Positions 1 through 8,587 of a stretch of 29,835 bases of DNA are shown in pieces (positions within the stretch are counted from its first letter, which is position 1; each line of letters opens with the position of its first letter). A program made the position numbers and the translations under genes. Below the pieces are notes generated by a model that was given only the letters and a program-made list of their open reading frames with translations, did not search any database and had not been told where the DNA came from. Location: positions 1-29,835 of the forward strand of contig JACCUL010000103.1 of assembly GCA_013811855.1 (NCBI GenBank), read 5' to 3'. Origin of the DNA: Acidimicrobiia bacterium. Lineage in GTDB: Bacteria > Actinomycetota > Acidimicrobiia > Acidimicrobiales > Ilumatobacteraceae.

Positions 1-2
1 GT

Positions 3-1928
3 GGTGGCCCCGGTGGCCCGCCCGGCGGCGGTCCCGGGCGTCCCAGCGGTCAGCGCCGCCCACCGCGCCGTGGCCGCGGCCGACGCCGTCGTCGTGACCG
101 CGAGGAGCTGCAACCGCAGTACACGAACTACACCCGCAGCGATGCGCCCGTTCCGGAGGGCACGGTCGTCATCGAGCGCGGCGTGTCGGCCCAGGAGTTC
201 GGGCCCAAGCTCAACCGGACGTCGGCCGACGTCGTGCGCTTCCTCCTCAACAACGGGGAGATGATCACGGCGACGATGACGCTGTCTGACGATCAGATGG
301 AGCTGTTCGCGCTCGAGCTCGGCGCCGACATCGTGCTCGTCGAGCCCGGCCAGCAGGAGGAGCTGGAGCTCCAGGCGTTGTTCGACGACAGCGACGATGA
401 GATCAACCAGGAACCCCGTCCGCCGGTCATCACGATCATGGGTCACGTCGACCACGGCAAGACGACCGTGCTCGACAGGATCCGCTCGACCAACGTCGTC
501 GCCGGAGAGGCCGGTGGCATCACCCAGCACATCGGCGCCTACCAGGTCGAGCAGGGTGGCCGGAAGATCACGTTCCTCGACACGCCGGGCCACGCCGCGT
601 TCACGCAGATGCGCGCCCGCGGCGCCGATGCCACCGACATCGTCGTGCTCGTCGTCGCCGCCGACGACGGCGTGATGCCCCAGACCGTCGAGGCCATCGA
701 CCACGCCAAGGCGGCCGAGGTGCCGATCGTCGTGGCCGTCAACAAGATCGACAAGGACAACGCCGACCCGCAGCGTGTGCTCTCGCAGCTGTCCGAGCAC
801 GAGCTGGTGCCCGAGTCGTGGGGCGGCGACACGATCGTCGTCGAGATGTCGGCGACGCAGGACCTCGGCATCGACGACCTGCTCGAGCAGCTCCTCGTCG
901 TCGCCGAGCTCGAGGAGCTGACGGCCAACCCCGAGGGTCGGGCCAAGGGCGTCGTGCTGGAGGCCCAGCTCGACATCGGACGCGGGCCCGTCGCCACCGT
1001 GCTCGTCGACAAGGGCGAGCTGAAGGTCGGCGACCCGATCGTCGCCGGCGCGGCGTGGGGCCGGGTGCGGGCGATGATGGACGACCACGGCGAGCCGGTG
1101 ACGTCGGCCGGGCCGTCGACGCCGGTGCAGGTGCTCGGCCTGTCCTCGGTGCCCCAGGCCGGTGACGAGTTCCGCTCGGCGCCCGACGAGAAGACGGCCC
1201 GCCTGGTCGGCGAGGCTCGTGAGCACCGCCTGCGCATGAAGTCCCAGCGCGGCGACGCCCGCGTCAAGACCGGGACCAAGCTCGAGGACATCTTCAGCCA
1301 GATCCAGGCCGGCGAGACCGCCCGCCTCAACCTGGTGCTCAAGGCCGACGTGCACGGCTCGCTGGAGGCCGTCACCGAGAGCCTGCGCAAGCTGGACCGG
1401 CCCGAGGTCGAGCTGACCTTCGTCCACCGGGCCGTCGGCGGCATCACCGAGAACGACATCTCGCTCGCCGCCACCACGAACGCCACGATCATCGGCTTCA
1501 ACGTGCGTCCGGACCGCAAGGCTCGCGAGCTGGCCGACGCCCAGGACGTCGAGATTCGCACGTACGAGATCATCTACAAGCTGCTCGAGGACATCGAGCA
1601 GGCGATGGTCGGCATGCTGGCGCCGGAGTTCGAGGAGGTCGTCACCGGCGAGACCGAGGTCCGCGAGATCTTCCGGGTGCCCCGGGTCGGCGCCATCGCC
1701 GGGTGCTACGTGCGCTCGGGGACGATCACTCGCGGGTCCAAGGTCCGCTTCCTGCGTGACGGCACGATCATCTGGAAGGGCGAGATCTCCTCGCTGCGCC
1801 GGTTCAAGGAGGACGTGCGCGAGGTCCGTGAGGGCTTCGAGTGCGGCATCGGGCTCTCCGACTTCCAGGACCTCAAGCCCGGCGACATCATCGAGACCTT
1901 CGACGAGCGCGAGGTCGCCAGGACGTGA
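3..1928 (+). CDS. infB: Translation initiation factor IF-2 (5'-partial; frame is open from position 3)
   Basis: G-domain motifs [18 protein letters not shown]; C-terminal ECGIGL. Frame 3 reads without a stop upstream of the 183 ORF start ([14 protein letters not shown]...[13 protein letters not shown]), so the true start lies before the window. Confidence 0.98.
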   Translation, partial: GGPGGPPGGGPGRPSGQRRPPRRGRGRRRRRDREELQPQYTNYTRSDAPVPEGTVVIERGVSAQEFGPKLNRTSADVVRFLLNNGEMITATMTLSDDQMELFALELGADIVLVEPGQQEELELQALFDDSDDEINQEPRPPVITIMGHVDHGKTTVLDRIRSTNVVAGEAGGITQHIGAYQVEQGGRKITFLDTPGHAAFTQMRARGADATDIVVLVVAADDGVMPQTVEAIDHAKAAEVPIVVAVNKIDKDNADPQRVLSQLSEHELVPESWGGDTIVVEMSATQDLGIDDLLEQLLVVAELEELTANPEGRAKGVVLEAQLDIGRGPVATVLVDKGELKVGDPIVAGAAWGRVRAMMDDHGEPVTSAGPSTPVQVLGLSSVPQAGDEFRSAPDEKTARLVGEAREHRLRMKSQRGDARVKTGTKLEDIFSQIQAGETARLNLVLKADVHGSLEAVTESLRKLDRPEVELTFVHRAVGGITENDISLAATTNATIIGFNVRPDRKARELADAQDVEIRTYEIIYKLLEDIEQAMVGMLAPEFEEVVTGETEVREIFRVPRVGAIAGCYVRSGTITRGSKVRFLRDGTIIWKGEISSLRRFKEDVREVREGFECGIGLSDFQDLKPGDIIETFDEREVART

Positions 1929-2578
1929 GCGACGTGGGCGCGTCACCGGATCTCGAGTTCTTCCTCGATCCCGTCTGCCCGTGGTGCTGGATCACGTCGC
2001 GCTGGGTGCGCAACGTGCAGGCCGAGAAGGACTATTCCGTCCGCTGGCGCTTCATCTCGCTGAAGGTGCTCAACGAGGACCGCACGGCCCCCGACTACTC
2101 CGACGACCACCGGGCCGTCCACGTCGCCGGGTTGAGCGCGCTGCGCGTGCTCGATGCCGTCCGGATCGAGCACGGCAACGACGCCGTGCGGCGGGCGTAC
2201 ACCGCGACCGGCACGGCGATCCACGTCGACCGTCGGCGCAAGGAGCTCATCGCCGATCCCGTGGCCTTCATGCGCACCTGCCTGGAGTCGGCCGGGGTCG
2301 ACGCGGCGCTGGCCGAGCACGCCCTCGACGACTCACACGACGCCCACCTGCGGGCCGAGACGGCAGCGGCGCTGGAGCGCACAGGACCTGACGTCGGCAC
2401 CCCGATCCTGACGTTCGCGCCCGGCCAGGAGGGCGAGGGCAGCTTCTTCGGCCCGGTCGTCAACAAGGCCCCGACGGGCCACGACGCCGTGCGCCTGTGG
2501 GAAGCGGTCGAGACGCTGGCCACCACCGGCGTCGCCGAGCTCAAACGCTCCCTCCGCGGCGACATCGACTTCACGTGA
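1925..2578 (+). CDS. DsbA/thioredoxin-fold protein, Rv2466c (mycothiol-dependent reductase)-like, 217 aa
   Basis: FFLDPVCPWCWITSRW (CPWC motif), VGTPIL and FFGPVV motifs. The GTG start overlaps the infB stop (GTGA 1925-1928). Confidence 0.8.
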   Translation: MSDVGASPDLEFFLDPVCPWCWITSRWVRNVQAEKDYSVRWRFISLKVLNEDRTAPDYSDDHRAVHVAGLSALRVLDAVRIEHGNDAVRRAYTATGTAIHVDRRRKELIADPVAFMRTCLESAGVDAALAEHALDDSHDAHLRAETAAALERTGPDVGTPILTFAPGQEGEGSFFGPVVNKAPTGHDAVRLWEAVETLATTGVAELKRSLRGDIDFT

Positions 2579-2642
2579 GATCACGGTTCTGACGAGGTCT
2601 ACGCAGGATTTTCTGACCAACCTCGCGCCACAACCGCGAATC
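2579..2642. repeat. Long imperfect intergenic palindrome (REP-like or terminator-like)
   Basis: Nested arms GATCACGGTT/AACCGCGAATC, CGAGGT/ACCTCG and CAGGA/TTCTG directly after the stop at 2578. Confidence 0.5.
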
Positions 2643-2664
2643 CGGCGCCGTTAGCGTGGCGTCC

Positions 2665-3039
2665 ATGAGCGCACGCCGATCGAGCTCCGGCGGGCATCGC
2701 TATCCACGCCGCGCTCGGCTGAACGAGACATTACGGGAGGTCATCGCCGACGAGCTCGTACGCATCGACGACGAGCGCCTGACCTTCGTCACGATCACGT
2801 CCGTCGACGTCGACAACGAGCTCAACCGGGCCATCGTCTTCTACGACTCGCTCGAGGGCGAGGGCGGCGACGAGCCGATCCTGGAGACGCTCGAGGAGCA
2901 CCGCCGGCGCATCCAGTCGTCGATCAACCGGCAGATGCGCACGAAGAAGACGCCGCGGCTCGACTTCCGGCCCGACGACGTCATCCGCACGGCCGAGCGG
3001 ATCGAGAACATCCTCCGCGACCGCAACCACCCGAGCTGA
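2665..3039 (+). CDS. rbfA: 30S ribosome-binding factor A
   Basis: YPRRARLNETLREVIA...FVTITSVDVDNELNRAIVF...KKTPRLDFRPD. ATG 2665 is 7 nt after TAGCGT (2652-2657), suggesting a leaderless start; GTG 2656 is an alternative. Confidence 0.95.
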   Translation: MSARRSSSGGHRYPRRARLNETLREVIADELVRIDDERLTFVTITSVDVDNELNRAIVFYDSLEGEGGDEPILETLEEHRRRIQSSINRQMRTKKTPRLDFRPDDVIRTAERIENILRDRNHPS

Positions 3040-3914
3040 TGGCCCGCCGCCGGCCGCCGACCGTGCACGGTCTGGCGATCGTCGACAAGCCGGCCGGCGT
3101 CACGAGTCACGATGTCGTCGGCCTGCTGCGCCGCCGGTTCGGCGAGCGGCGCGTCGGCCACGCCGGCACGCTCGATCCGGGCGCCACCGGCGTGCTCGTC
3201 GTCGGCGTCGGCTCGGTCACCCGGCTGCTGCGGTTCGTGACGGGGGGAACCAAGCGGTACACGGGCGAGGTCGTGCTCGGCGTCGAGACCGACTCCCAGG
3301 ACGCCGACGGCGCGGTCACGGCGACGCACGGCATGGCGACGGTGACGCTGGAGGACGCCCGTGCCGCAGCTTCGACGTTGACCGGCGACATCATGCAGGT
3401 GCCGCCGATGGTCTCGGCACTGCACGTCGGCGGCCGCCGGCTCCACGAGCTGGCGCGCCAGGGCATCGAGGTCGAACGGGCTCCCCGACCGGTGACCGTG
3501 GAGCGGTTCGTCGTGGTCGACTGGGTCGAGCCGGACGTGGTGTCGATCGAGGTCACCTGCTCGACGGGGACGTACGTGCGCACGCTGGCCGCCGACCTCG
3601 GCGCCGCGCTCGGCGGTGGCGCCCACCTGCGCCGGCTGCGGCGCACGGCCGTCGAGCCGTTCACGATCGACGACGCGGCCCCGCCCGACAAGTGCGAGCT
3701 GCACCCGCCGATCACCGCCGTCCGGGCCCTGCGAACGGTCGTCGTCGACGATGAGGTGCAGGCGGCCATCACCGTCGGTCGAGTGCTGCCGGCGCCCGCC
3801 GGGGTCGGCCCGTGGGCGATGGTCACCGCCGCCGACGAGTTGCTCGCCGTGTACGAGCGCCACGGCGACGGCACGGCCAAGCCGGCCGTCGTGCTGACGT
3901 CGGCGCGTGGCTAG
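3039..3914 (+). CDS. truB: tRNA pseudouridine(55) synthase
   Basis: DKPAGVTSHDVV, GHAGTLDPGATGVL (catalytic Asp), CSTGTYVRTLA; TGATG overlap with rbfA. Confidence 0.97.
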   Translation: MARRRPPTVHGLAIVDKPAGVTSHDVVGLLRRRFGERRVGHAGTLDPGATGVLVVGVGSVTRLLRFVTGGTKRYTGEVVLGVETDSQDADGAVTATHGMATVTLEDARAAASTLTGDIMQVPPMVSALHVGGRRLHELARQGIEVERAPRPVTVERFVVVDWVEPDVVSIEVTCSTGTYVRTLAADLGAALGGGAHLRRLRRTAVEPFTIDDAAPPDKCELHPPITAVRALRTVVVDDEVQAAITVGRVLPAPAGVGPWAMVTAADELLAVYERHGDGTAKPAVVLTSARG

Positions 3915-3925
3915 CGTCACCGCCC

Positions 3926-4876
3926 GTGCAGGTGATCAGCGAGCTCGATCCGCCGCCGTGGCCCGGCGAGCGCACCGTCGTCACCATCGGCGCTTACGAC
4001 GGCGTGCACCTCGGGCACCGCGCCGTCATCGACCAGGTGAAGGAGCTGGCCCAACGCGCATCGGCCCGCTCCGTCGTACTGACCTTCGACCGCCACCCGG
4101 CCACCGTCGTGCGTCCGGAGTCGGCGCCGCAACTGCTGACGACGCCGGAGCAGCGCCTGGAGCTGTTGGAGGCCACCGGCATCGACGCCACCGTCGTCAT
4201 GCGGTTCGACGAGTCGCAGAGCAACGAGGGACCGAAGGATTTCGTGCAGCGGGTGCTCGTCGAGGCTCTGGCCGTCAAGTACGTCGTCGTCGGCGAGGAC
4301 TTCCACTTCGGGCGGCACCGCGACGGCAACGTGGCGTTGCTCGCCGTCGCCGGTGAGGCCGACGACTTCACGGTCGTGCCGATCGAGCTCGTCGACCGGG
4401 CCGACGACATCGACGAGCCGATCAGCAGTACGGCCATCCGCCGGGCGCTGGCCGGCGGCGACGTCGAGCTCGTCACCCGCATGCTCGGCCGTCCGCACGA
4501 GGTGCGCGGCACCGTCGTGATGGGCGATCAGCGGGGCCGGCTCCTCGGGTTCCCGACCGCCAACGTCGAGGTGACCAACGCCGTGTGCCTGCCCGCTGAC
4601 GGCGTCTACGCCGGCGAGTACGAACGGCCGAACGGCAAGGTCCACCTGTCGGCGATCAACCTCGGACGACGACCGACGTTCTACGAGCACGCCGACCACT
4701 CGCTGCTCGAAGCCCACCTCATCGACTTCAGCGGCGACCTCTACGGCGAAGCGGCCGAGGTGCGCTTCCAGCACTTCCTGCGCAGCGAGCGCAAGTTCGA
4801 GGGCATTGAGGCGCTGGCCGCCCAGCTCGCCCGCGACATCGAGCACGCCAGGGACTTCGGACGGCCGGATCTGTGA
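3926..4876 (+). CDS. ribF: Bifunctional riboflavin kinase/FAD synthetase
   Basis: GAYDGVHLGH, ISSTAIR, GRLLGFPTAN, LEAHLIDFSGDLYG. GTG 3926 chosen because it is 8 nt after TAGCGT (3912-3917). Confidence 0.96.
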   Translation: MQVISELDPPPWPGERTVVTIGAYDGVHLGHRAVIDQVKELAQRASARSVVLTFDRHPATVVRPESAPQLLTTPEQRLELLEATGIDATVVMRFDESQSNEGPKDFVQRVLVEALAVKYVVVGEDFHFGRHRDGNVALLAVAGEADDFTVVPIELVDRADDIDEPISSTAIRRALAGGDVELVTRMLGRPHEVRGTVVMGDQRGRLLGFPTANVEVTNAVCLPADGVYAGEYERPNGKVHLSAINLGRRPTFYEHADHSLLEAHLIDFSGDLYGEAAEVRFQHFLRSERKFEGIEALAAQLARDIEHARDFGRPDL

Positions 4877-4911
4877 GCTGACGGCGCGGGGTTCCGCACC
4901 GTCAGCTCACA
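4872..4911. terminator. Bidirectional hairpin between convergent ribF and ABC solute-binding gene
   Basis: TGTGAGCTGACGG-C-GCGG-GGTT-CCGC-A-CCGTCAGCTCACA: 13-bp perfect outer arms. There is no U-tract, which is common in Actinobacteria. Confidence 0.75.
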
Positions 4912-4918
4912 CTTCGCG

Positions 4919-6178
4919 TCAGGACGGCCAGATGACGGTGCCGGTATCGTCGTAGATCCCGGCGGCCAGGTCGGCGGCGACGAAGTCCGACGCCGGCGGC
5001 GCACCGGCGTCGCCGAACAGGCCGACATCGCTGTACGCGTCGAGCTCGGCCTGCAGCAGGTCGACCTCGATGACGCCGGGCGGCGGGCCGTCGGCCGTCT
5101 CGTCGAGCATCTTGTCGACGTCGCTGCGCCAGCGGAACGTCTCGCCCTCCGGCGACAGGAAGTTGGGGTTGCCGTTGTCGTCGATGCGCTGGAGCGCGAT
5201 CGCTGACGCGGCGTCCGGTTCGGCCAGCGCGTCCGCCAGCCCGCGCATCGTGGCCCGGACGAAGTCCTCCACCGCCGTCGGGTGATCGTCGAGGAAGTCG
5301 CGACTCGTGTAGATGACGCCCGACGAGCCGGGCACGTCGTAGTCCGTCGGCACGAAGAGATCGAACGGGACGCCGGCGCGTTCCAACGTGCCCGGCTCGT
5401 TGTTGCGGTACCCGGGGAAGCCGACGATGCCGTCGAGCGTGATGTGCACGAGCGGGTCGAACCCGTCCACGAGCACGGTCTCGTAGTCCTTGCCCTCGCC
5501 GAGGCCGGCGGTGGCGAGCATGGCGGCCACACTCGGCGGGAGCGCCTGCTTGACCCCGATCGTCGTGCCAGCCAGGTCCTCCAACGTCGCTGCCCTCCCC
5601 GGCTTGAGGATCAGGCTGTCGATGGCGCTGCGACCCTCGACGGCGACGGCCACCAGCTCGGCCTCGTTGGCGTCGGCGGCGTTGACGACCTCGCTGAACG
5701 ACCCGCCCGAGGCGAACTGCGCCTCGCCGGAGGCGACGAACGGGTAGTTGGCAGTCGAGAAGCTGGGCTGCAGCGAGACGTCGAGGCAGAGTTCGTCGTA
5801 GTACCCGGCCTCGTCGGCGAGGATGACGTCGATGATCGACACCGTGGCGGCGAAGTCGAACCCGCTGAGGTAGGTGATCGTCCCGGCCGCCTCGTTGGCC
5901 GCGCAGCGCTCATTGGGGAAGGGCTCATCGGCGATGACGTCCAGCGGGCCGGCCGGTGCGGTCGTGGCGGTCGTGGTGGCGACGCTGTCGACGGCCGTGG
6001 TCGTCGGCGGCGAGGTGTTCGTCGGCGGGGTCGTGGCCAGGTTGGGCGTGGCCGGCGCGGTCACGGGCACGGCGATCGTCGGCACGGTGGTGGCCTCACC
6101 GCCCTCGTCGTCTGAACAGGCCGCGGCAACGAGCGCGACGGGGACGAGGACGATGGCGAGGCGAGCACGCTGGCGCAT
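4919..6178 (-). CDS. ABC transporter solute-binding lipoprotein, NMT1/THI5 (SsuA/ThiY/RibY-like) family, 419 aa
   Basis: Lipobox LVAAAC, Thr/Pro-rich linker, GYYDELCLDVSLQP, LEDLAGTTIGV, VEDFVRATMRGL; SD AGGAGG before ATG 6178. Confidence 0.85.
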   Translation of the reverse strand: MRQRARLAIVLVPVALVAAACSDDEGGEATTVPTIAVPVTAPATPNLATTPPTNTSPPTTTAVDSVATTTATTAPAGPLDVIADEPFPNERCAANEAAGTITYLSGFDFAATVSIIDVILADEAGYYDELCLDVSLQPSFSTANYPFVASGEAQFASGGSFSEVVNAADANEAELVAVAVEGRSAIDSLILKPGRAATLEDLAGTTIGVKQALPPSVAAMLATAGLGEGKDYETVLVDGFDPLVHITLDGIVGFPGYRNNEPGTLERAGVPFDLFVPTDYDVPGSSGVIYTSRDFLDDHPTAVEDFVRATMRGLADALAEPDAASAIALQRIDDNGNPNFLSPEGETFRWRSDVDKMLDETADGPPPGVIEVDLLQAELDAYSDVGLFGDAGAPPASDFVAADLAAGIYDDTGTVIWPS

Positions 6179-6218
6179 CGGGTCCTCCTGCGGTGTCGGG
6201 GGTTCGGATTGTGCCAGC

Positions 6219-6273
6219 GCACGGGGTCGAGAGCGGTGAGCCAGACGGCCGCTCCAGACCGTTGGGTCCGTGC
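6219..6273. repeat. Nested imperfect palindrome between permease and solute-binding genes
   Basis: GCACGG/CCGTGC, GGTC/GACC and GAGCGG/CCGCTC arms; a minus-strand CACAAT -10-like hexamer (6208-6213) follows it. Confidence 0.5.
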
Positions 6274-6278
6274 GGGCG

Positions 6279-7064
6279 TCAGCGTACCGAGCGGGGCAGG
6301 GCCGTGTCCCGTTGCGAGGCGTGCCAGTGGAGGAGGACGCGCTCGGCGATGGTGATGACGGCCAGGAAGACGACTCCCAGGACCACCGTGGAGATGACCG
6401 TGGCCCACAGTGCCGGCCCGAACTGTGCCGCCGCCGCCCGGTCGCCGATGGCGCCCAGGCCGGCCGTCGAGAGGTTGCCGCCCTCGCCGTAGTAGGCCGC
6501 GGCCAACGCCAGACCCACCGTGTAACGGGCGGCGGCGAGGATCGCCGGCAGGGCCGACGGCAGGCGCAAGCGCCAGAGCACCTCCCAGCGGGAGGCGTCG
6601 ACAGAGGCCAACAGCTCACGCGCCGCTGGGTCGGCCGAGCGCATGCCGGCGACGGCGGCGAAGACGAACGCCGGAGTCGTGACGAACGCGGCAAGGAAGA
6701 CGACGGGCGGATCGCCGGCACCGAGCCAGATCGCGATCGAGCTGAAGTAGGCCACCCACGGCGCCACGAGGATGATCATCAGCACGGGCTGGGCGGCCTG
6801 CTCGGCGAAGCGTGACGCCGCCAGCGCGGCGCCGAGGAGCACGGCCACGACGAGTGCGATGATCACCCCGAGCGCGGCATGGCGGGCCGTCACCAGCGCC
6901 GCCTCCGTGTAGCGGGCCGGGGCGTTGCCCAGCTCGGCCACGATCTCGGACGGGGCCAGGAGGATGAACGGCTTGACGTCGAACAGGCGGACCAGGCCCT
7001 CCCAGAGCAGGCCGAACACGGCGAGCCCGGTGAGGCTGGCCAGGACGATCCTCGGTCGGGTCAT
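6279..7064 (-). CDS. ABC transporter permease (SsuC/TauC/ThiX-like)
   Basis: Several hydrophobic segments; EAA-like motif ELLASVDASRWEVLWRLRLPSALP; ATGA overlap with the ATPase gene. Confidence 0.9.
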   Translation of the reverse strand: MTRPRIVLASLTGLAVFGLLWEGLVRLFDVKPFILLAPSEIVAELGNAPARYTEAALVTARHAALGVIIALVVAVLLGAALAASRFAEQAAQPVLMIILVAPWVAYFSSIAIWLGAGDPPVVFLAAFVTTPAFVFAAVAGMRSADPAARELLASVDASRWEVLWRLRLPSALPAILAAARYTVGLALAAAYYGEGGNLSTAGLGAIGDRAAAAQFGPALWATVISTVVLGVVFLAVITIAERVLLHWHASQRDTALPRSVR

Positions 7065-7819
7065 CGACCGGCGCCTTCGTGCAGGAGCGCCCGCAGTCGG
7101 GTCTCGACGGCGAAGAAGGCGGGGTCGTCCTCCAGCTCCGGTTGCCGCGGGCGGGGGAGCGCCACGTCGACGGCGCCGACGATCTGCCCCGGCCGGAGAG
7201 AGAGCACGGCGACCCGATCGGAGAGGAAGACCGACTCGGCGATCGAGTGCGTCACGAATAGCACCGACGTCGCGGACAGCTCGCACAGCCGGGCGAGCAG
7301 GTGGCGCATGTCGGCACGGGTGATCTCGTCGAGCGCGGCGAACGGCTCGTCCATCAACAGCAGCGGCGCACCGAGCGCGAACGCCCGGACGAGGGCGACG
7401 CGCTGGCGCATCCCGCCCGACAGCTCGTGGGGGTAGGCGCCGGCGAAGTCGCTGAGGCCGACGTCGGCCAACAGCTCGTCCGGCGACGGGCCGCCGCGCA
7501 CCGGCACCCGCCGGTTGACGTCGAGCAACAGGCGGGCGTTCTGCGCCACGGTCCGCCACGGCAGCAGGGCGGGCGCCTGGGGGACGAACCCGATCTGCTT
7601 GGCGGCGCGGGCGCGGCCGGCGTCGCCACCGAGCACCGTGACCGTGCCGCTGGTCGGCGCTTCCAGGCCGCCCACGAGGCGCAGCAGGGTCGTCTTGCCG
7701 CTTCCGCTCGGTCCGAGCACGGTGACGACCTCGCCGTCATCGACCGTCAGGTCGATCGGCGCCAGCGCGTGGATGCGCCCGAACCGCTTGGTGACCCCGG
7801 ACAGCGAGATGGCGGTCAC
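7061..7819 (-). CDS. ABC transporter ATP-binding protein (NitT/TauT family)
   Basis: Walker A GPSGSGKTT, signature LSGGMRQRV, Walker B LLLMDEPF, H-loop FVTH. GTG 7819 is 8 nt after minus-strand TACGCT. Confidence 0.95.
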   Translation of the reverse strand: MTAISLSGVTKRFGRIHALAPIDLTVDDGEVVTVLGPSGSGKTTLLRLVGGLEAPTSGTVTVLGGDAGRARAAKQIGFVPQAPALLPWRTVAQNARLLLDVNRRVPVRGGPSPDELLADVGLSDFAGAYPHELSGGMRQRVALVRAFALGAPLLLMDEPFAALDEITRADMRHLLARLCELSATSVLFVTHSIAESVFLSDRVAVLSLRPGQIVGAVDVALPRPRQPELEDDPAFFAVETRLRALLHEGAGR

Positions 7820-7864
7820 GGCGAGCGAGCGTAACGACGGCCCCCTTTCACTCCAGCGGCGTCC

Positions 7865-7943
7865 GCATCTGGGTGCGCTCCGTTGCGAATTTGAGACACG
7901 GGCGCGCCCAGTTGACCGTTTGAGACGGATCGCACCCAGATGC
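7865..7943. repeat. REP-like palindromic element (full copy plus duplicated right arm)
   Basis: GCATCTGGGTGCG-C-TCCGT ... ACGGA-T-CGCACCCAGATGC inverted repeat; 7867-7911 matches the reverse complement of 23608-23651 at 38/45 aligned columns. Confidence 0.75.
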
Positions 7944-7971
7944 GTCGTGTCGCGCAACGTTCGGTGGGCCG

Positions 7972-8079
7972 TAGCCTTGCCAGGTCCGTCGAGGCTCTGG
8001 CGTCGGCGTGATGCCGCAGCGCCGTCCGGCGCCGGCGAGGTCAGCACCGGGCTGCGGCCCGGGGAACAGGAACGACCCG
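7972..8079 (+). promoter_or_regulatory. rpsO promoter (-10 TAGCCT) and structured 5' leader, candidate S15 autoregulatory RNA
   Basis: TAGCCT 7972-7977; stem GCCGCAGC (8013-8020)/GCTGCGGC (8051-8058) with inner CCGG/CCGG just before the ribosome-binding site. Confidence 0.45.
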
Positions 8080-8334
8080 ATGTCCAAACAGGACACCATC
8101 ACCGAACACCGCACCCACGACACCGACACCGGCTCGCCCGAGGTGCAGATCGCGCTGCTGTCGTCGCGCATCACGCACCTGACCGGACACCTCAAGGCGC
8201 ACCCGAAGGACCACCACAGCCGGCGCGGCCTGTTGATGCTCGTCGGCCGCCGCCGCCGGATGCTCGACTACGTCCGTTCCATCGACGTGGCGAGGTACCG
8301 CGACATCGTCGCCCGCTTGGGTCTTCGCCGCTGA
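8080..8334 (+). CDS. rpsO: 30S ribosomal protein S15
   Basis: [42 protein letters not shown]. Confidence 0.98.
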   Translation: MSKQDTITEHRTHDTDTGSPEVQIALLSSRITHLTGHLKAHPKDHHSRRGLLMLVGRRRRMLDYVRSIDVARYRDIVARLGLRR

Positions 8335-8337
8335 CCG

Positions 8338-8409
8338 CCGCTTTGGTCACCGATTTCGTAGCCAGGGCGACACCATCGGTGACCGAAGTGAGATCGGTGA
8401 CCAAAGCGG
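8338..8409. repeat. Perfect 17-bp inverted repeat with an extra internal right arm (terminator or REP-like)
   Basis: CCGCTTTGGTCACCGAT (8338-8354)/ATCGGTGACCAAAGCGG (8393-8409); internal ATCGGTGACCGAAG at 8375-8388. Confidence 0.7.
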
Positions 8410-8450
8410 AGACCGTGGGTAGGCGCCGCTAGCATCACCGCAAACAAACC

Positions 8451-8543
8451 GAGCGGCTTGGTCGCCGGTTGTCAGTCGCCTGTCCCGTGCTCGAGAACTC
8501 GCTCGATCGGCGGGGTTGCCGACTGGGAACCGGCCAGCCGCTC
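8451..8543 (+). promoter_or_regulatory. pnp 5' leader long hairpin (Actino-pnp-like, candidate RNase III site)
   Basis: -10 TAGCAT 8430-8435; nested stems GAGCGGCT/AGCCGCTC, CCGGTT/AACCGG and CAGTCG/CGACTG. Position matches the structured leader known upstream of actinobacterial pnp. Confidence 0.65.
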
Positions 8544-8587
8544 CACATCAGCCGAGGGCCAGTCGGCTCGGGCGAAAGGAGCCATTC

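Noticed and set aside
1-264. 87-aa ORF at the window start suggesting an infB frameshift
   Set aside because: The infB frame (frame 3) is open from position 3 and encodes the normal Gly/Pro/Arg-rich linker, so no frameshift is needed.
7870-7935. GGGTGC...TTGAGA resembling the start of a TPP riboswitch near a THI5-like transporter
   Set aside because: TTGAGA rather than CTGAGA, no AACCTGA/GTAGGGA core, wrong strand for the transporter, and it is explained by the REP-like palindrome.
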